From Aureliella sp. (GTDB lineage: Bacteria > Planctomycetota > Planctomycetia > Pirellulales > Pirellulaceae), in NCBI GenBank assembly GCA_963691875.1, contig OY829846.1, forward strand, positions 2,016,001-2,080,000: 64,000 nucleotides of DNA, read 5' to 3'. Below the pieces are notes generated by a model. It was not told where the DNA came from. It saw nothing but the letters and a program-made list of their open reading frames with translations, and ran no database searches. Shown here piece after piece: positions 60,890 through 64,000 of this stretch. The translations under genes and the position numbers were made by a program. How positions within the stretch are numbered: the first letter of the stretch is position 1; each line of letters starts with the position of its first letter.

Positions 60890-63364
60890 ATGGCGAATGA
60901 CAACAACAATCATCCTGAGAATCCGTCTGTAGATACAGAGACCAATTTGTCTGCCGAGCAGTTGGGACTGTCAGAAGCAGTGGCTGGAGAGAGTGCTTCT
61001 TCAATCATACTTTCGCAGTACGCAGCGACGGAAACCTCATCAATCGATACGACGACATTCGACGCGGGCACGATAGCAATCACGACATTCGCAACGCAGA
61101 CAACCGACGAAATGGTTGAACCTCAACCCCAAGAACTTGCCGAAATCGAAACGACCGAAGACGAGACTACCGAGGTTGAAACTGTCCAAGCTGAAACTGC
61201 CGAGGTAGAAACTGCTGAGGTAGAAACTGCTGAAGTCCGAGCAGAGTTGATAGGAACGGAGTCCGCGGAAGAAGTAACCGTTGAAGCAGAATCTGGTGAA
61301 ACAGAAGAAGCCGTGGAGAGTGTGGAAGCGGAATCCGCCGACGCTGAAGATCTCGAAGTAGCTCTAGCAGAACAACCCGAAACTCTCGCTGAGACAACGG
61401 AAGAAACAACGTCTACCGCGGAATCTCAAGGTGCTGAAGCAGCGGCGCCGCGAACTGAAGATCGTGCCCCCAAAGCGGAAGAAGAAAAGCCCAGCAAGAA
61501 AGACTCCGAAGCACTCTTCACCGATTTCGAATTGGACCGTCGAGTGGAATTGGCCGTGCAAGCTGCTGGCTACGTCAACCCGACTCCAGTGCAGCAGAAG
61601 ATCATTCCGCAGATGTTGGCCGGCCGCGATATCCTCGCCCAGTCTCAAACTGGAACTGGGAAGACAGCGGCATTCGCCCTGCCGATTCTCTCCAACCTGC
61701 AGCCCAAAGCTCGATTGCCTCAAGCTTTGATTTTGACTCCGACCCGCGAGTTGGCCACGCAAGTCGCCGAATCCTTCGAGACCTACGGTGCGAACTTGCC
61801 CAAGCTGCGAATCGCATCGATTTACGGCGGCACAGACTACGTGGGTCAACTCCGAGCCCTAAAACGCGGCGTTCAAGTCGTCGTTGGCACGCCAGGCCGA
61901 GTGATCGACCACTTGAATCGGGGCACTCTACAGCTCGACATGCTGCAGTGCGTCGTGCTCGACGAAGCCGATGAGATGCTCAACATGGGCTTCCAAGAAG
62001 ACGTCGAAAAGATCTTGGATCAAACGCCTGAAGAAAAGCAAATGACGCTGTTCTCGGCAACTATGCCTGAGCCAATCCAGCGCATCGCTGATCAACATCT
62101 CCACGATCCCTACAAGATTGTCGTTCGCAAAAAACAGCTGACCGCAGATTCCGTCGAACAGCGATGTGTATTCATCGAAAACAAGCAAAAGGTCGAATTG
62201 CTGGCTCGTTTGCTAGAGGTAGATGAATGCGATGGCGTAATCGTTTTTACCAAAACCAAAGACCAAACCATCTCGGTCTCCGAACACCTGACTGCACGCG
62301 GCTTCAAAGCGGCGGCACTCAATGGCGATCTTCCTCAGGCTCGTCGCGAACGTACGGTGGACCAACTCAAGGCTGGGAAGATCAACATTCTCGTCGCAAC
62401 CGATGTGGCTGCTCGCGGGCTGGACGTGCAGCGTGTGAGTCACGTCATCAATTTCGATTTGCCGCACGACAGCGAGTCATACGTGCATCGCATTGGCCGA
62501 ACGGGACGAGCTGGCCGAAGCGGGATAGCTTATATCTTCCTCAACGAGCGTGAGCGAGGCAAACTTCGGCTCATTGAGCGAGCAACCAAAAAGACGATCC
62601 AAATCGTCGAGCCTCCTTCCTCAGAGCAGTTGAGCGCGGCTCGTATTGCGGCCTTCAAAGAAACAGTGCTCAAGCACGTTGATGCCGACGAAGTAGAGCT
62701 TTACCAGCAGATTCTGACCGAGCTTGTCAATGAATCAGGACAGGACTTGGAGACCATCGCAGCGGGTATGGCTCACATGGCACGAGGTGGGCGACCTCTG
62801 GTTGCTCAGCCGCTAGAGAGTCCGAGACCTCGAGAACGCCGTGGTCGTGATCGTTTCGAGGATGGACGCAGAGACCGTCGTGACGCTCGTCCGCAGCGCG
62901 GTCGCAATAGAGAAGGCGACTTCAACCGTCGCGGACCTCGCCCTGTCGAATCTGGCATGCAACGATTCTGGATCGGCGTCGGTAGAGAAGATGGTGTTCG
63001 CCCAGGCAACATCGTCGGCGCGGTGGCCAACGAAGCCGGGATTCCTGGATCGGACATCGGTCCTATTCAGATTCGCGATCACTTTTCTACGATCGACTTG
63101 CCTGCGGAAGCCGCCCAAGCTGCTTTGCAAACACTGCAGCACACCTGGGTTAGCGGTAAACAGCTGAAGATTCGGGTCTTCGAAGAACGCGGGAACGACT
63201 CGCGCACATTCAAGGACCGCAAGCCTCGCAAGTTTTCCGGTGGCGATTCTTTCGCTCGTGGAAAGAAGCCGGGCGGGAAAAAGAACTTTGGCAAAAAGCC
63301 GTTCGCCAAGAAGCCTGGCGGCAAAAAGTCCTTCAGCAAGAAGCCATCGCGCAAGAAAGGTTAG
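60890..63364 (+). CDS. deaD: DEAD-box RNA helicase DeaD/CsdA with a long acidic N-terminal extension
   Basis: SQTGTGKT, PTRELA, DEAD, SAT, HRIGRTGR; DbpA-type RNA-binding domain (RPGNIVGAVANE). Confidence 0.92.
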   Translation: MANDNNNHPENPSVDTETNLSAEQLGLSEAVAGESASSIILSQYAATETSSIDTTTFDAGTIAITTFATQTTDEMVEPQPQELAEIETTEDETTEVETVQAETAEVETAEVETAEVRAELIGTESAEEVTVEAESGETEEAVESVEAESADAEDLEVALAEQPETLAETTEETTSTAESQGAEAAAPRTEDRAPKAEEEKPSKKDSEALFTDFELDRRVELAVQAAGYVNPTPVQQKIIPQMLAGRDILAQSQTGTGKTAAFALPILSNLQPKARLPQALILTPTRELATQVAESFETYGANLPKLRIASIYGGTDYVGQLRALKRGVQVVVGTPGRVIDHLNRGTLQLDMLQCVVLDEADEMLNMGFQEDVEKILDQTPEEKQMTLFSATMPEPIQRIADQHLHDPYKIVVRKKQLTADSVEQRCVFIENKQKVELLARLLEVDECDGVIVFTKTKDQTISVSEHLTARGFKAAALNGDLPQARRERTVDQLKAGKINILVATDVAARGLDVQRVSHVINFDLPHDSESYVHRIGRTGRAGRSGIAYIFLNERERGKLRLIERATKKTIQIVEPPSSEQLSAARIAAFKETVLKHVDADEVELYQQILTELVNESGQDLETIAAGMAHMARGGRPLVAQPLESPRPRERRGRDRFEDGRRDRRDARPQRGRNREGDFNRRGPRPVESGMQRFWIGVGREDGVRPGNIVGAVANEAGIPGSDIGPIQIRDHFSTIDLPAEAAQAALQTLQHTWVSGKQLKIRVFEERGNDSRTFKDRKPRKFSGGDSFARGKKPGGKKNFGKKPFAKKPGGKKSFSKKPSRKKG
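61178..61237 (+). repeat. 15-bp tandem repeat encoding ETAEV
   Basis: GAAACTGCCGAGGTA GAAACTGCTGAGGTA GAAACTGCTGAAGTC plus a diverged first unit. Confidence 0.7.
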
Positions 63365-63468
63365 TTGGATTTTCAACACGATTTGATCCCGTTGCAGCCA
63401 TTCTTGCGGATCGGCGACGCATTGGAACGTGAAGAACCAGCGCCGCCGCTCGCGGCCCGATAGCCGGA

Positions 63469-63502
63469 CTCTCCCTCGAGAACCGCTACGCGGGAGGGAG
63501 AG
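63469..63502. terminator. hairpin between convergent genes
   Basis: CTCTCCCTC...GAGGGAGAG. Confidence 0.4.
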
Positions 63503-63544
63503 CAAGTACGCTATCGGTGTCGGGCCCAAGCCGGGTGACGACGT

Positions 63545-64000
63545 CTATACCGTCTCACTCAGTACCAACGACTGAAAGACTTGCTCGGCAGCAACGCTTG
63601 GCTGATGGCTCTTGGCGATGCGAATCTGCATTTGCGTCGACCAACGACCTTCGGCATCTCCACGAACTAGCCAGTGCGGCATGACGCAGACGGATTGATG
63701 GACAGCCTCAAAACCAGCTTCACTCTGGCTCACCGTCTCAATCGGGAAAGCCCAGATGTTGGAAGGACGATTGAGTCCAACCAGCACATCGATTCCTTGC
63801 CACTGATCGATGAAGCCTAGGTGGCGCGTGCCATGCAAGTCGAGTTGCGTGCCTAAGTGGCCGAGCTGCTCACCGGCGCTATTGTAAAAGAAGCGATCAT
63901 CGGCACCTGCGGGCATTCCGGCAAAATTCCATTCCAGTGCAAGGTGTAGTTCGCGATCTTGCGGCAAGCCCTCAACTAGGTAGGTGATACCTAGCTTGGA
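63545..64000 (-). CDS. GH57 alpha-amylase / 4-alpha-glucanotransferase, C-terminal (DUF1926-like) part; runs off the window edge
   Basis: WAFPIETVSQSEAGFEAVHQSVCVMPHW. Confidence 0.8.
   Translation of the reverse strand, partial: SKLGITYLVEGLPQDRELHLALEWNFAGMPAGADDRFFYNSAGEQLGHLGTQLDLHGTRHLGFIDQWQGIDVLVGLNRPSNIWAFPIETVSQSEAGFEAVHQSVCVMPHWLVRGDAEGRWSTQMQIRIAKSHQPSVAAEQVFQSLVLSETV

Noticed and set aside
1..64000. CRISPR array, cas genes, rRNA
   Set aside because: No regularly spaced repeat-spacer pattern, Cas motifs or rRNA-like sequence were seen; the only tandem repeats found are short coding ones

Overview
This looks like planctomycete (Pirellulaceae-like) chromosome, judging from the PSD1/DUF1553 and DUF1501 genes, sulfatases, a PQQ-propeller protein and an LESRQLLA-type export motif. 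The core genes include guaA (partial), a GH63 glycosidase, a Ser/Thr kinase, ParA, a cyclophilin, a TroABCD-type metal ABC transporter, a PL10 lyase, TolC, BlaI/BlaR1, a CBS-pyrophosphatase, DeaD and a partial GH57. An accessory element of about 13.2 kb (28094-41367) is integrated in tRNA-His(GTG) and bounded by a 46-bp direct repeat. It carries a tyrosine integrase, two HTH genes, an unknown 266-aa protein followed by a hairpin cluster, and a Type I R-M operon. That operon is headed by an unusual fusion of an EVE domain to a GP88/radical-SAM-like domain, and it contains a hidden, translationally coupled 48-aa mini-HsdS with no TRDs. The element also holds a frameshifted BacNav-type channel bracketed by two IS256 relics. 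A UGA-containing ArsC-family selenoprotein candidate (UxxC, 1023-1370) is missing from the ORF track. All family assignments come from motif recognition by eye; no database searches were run.
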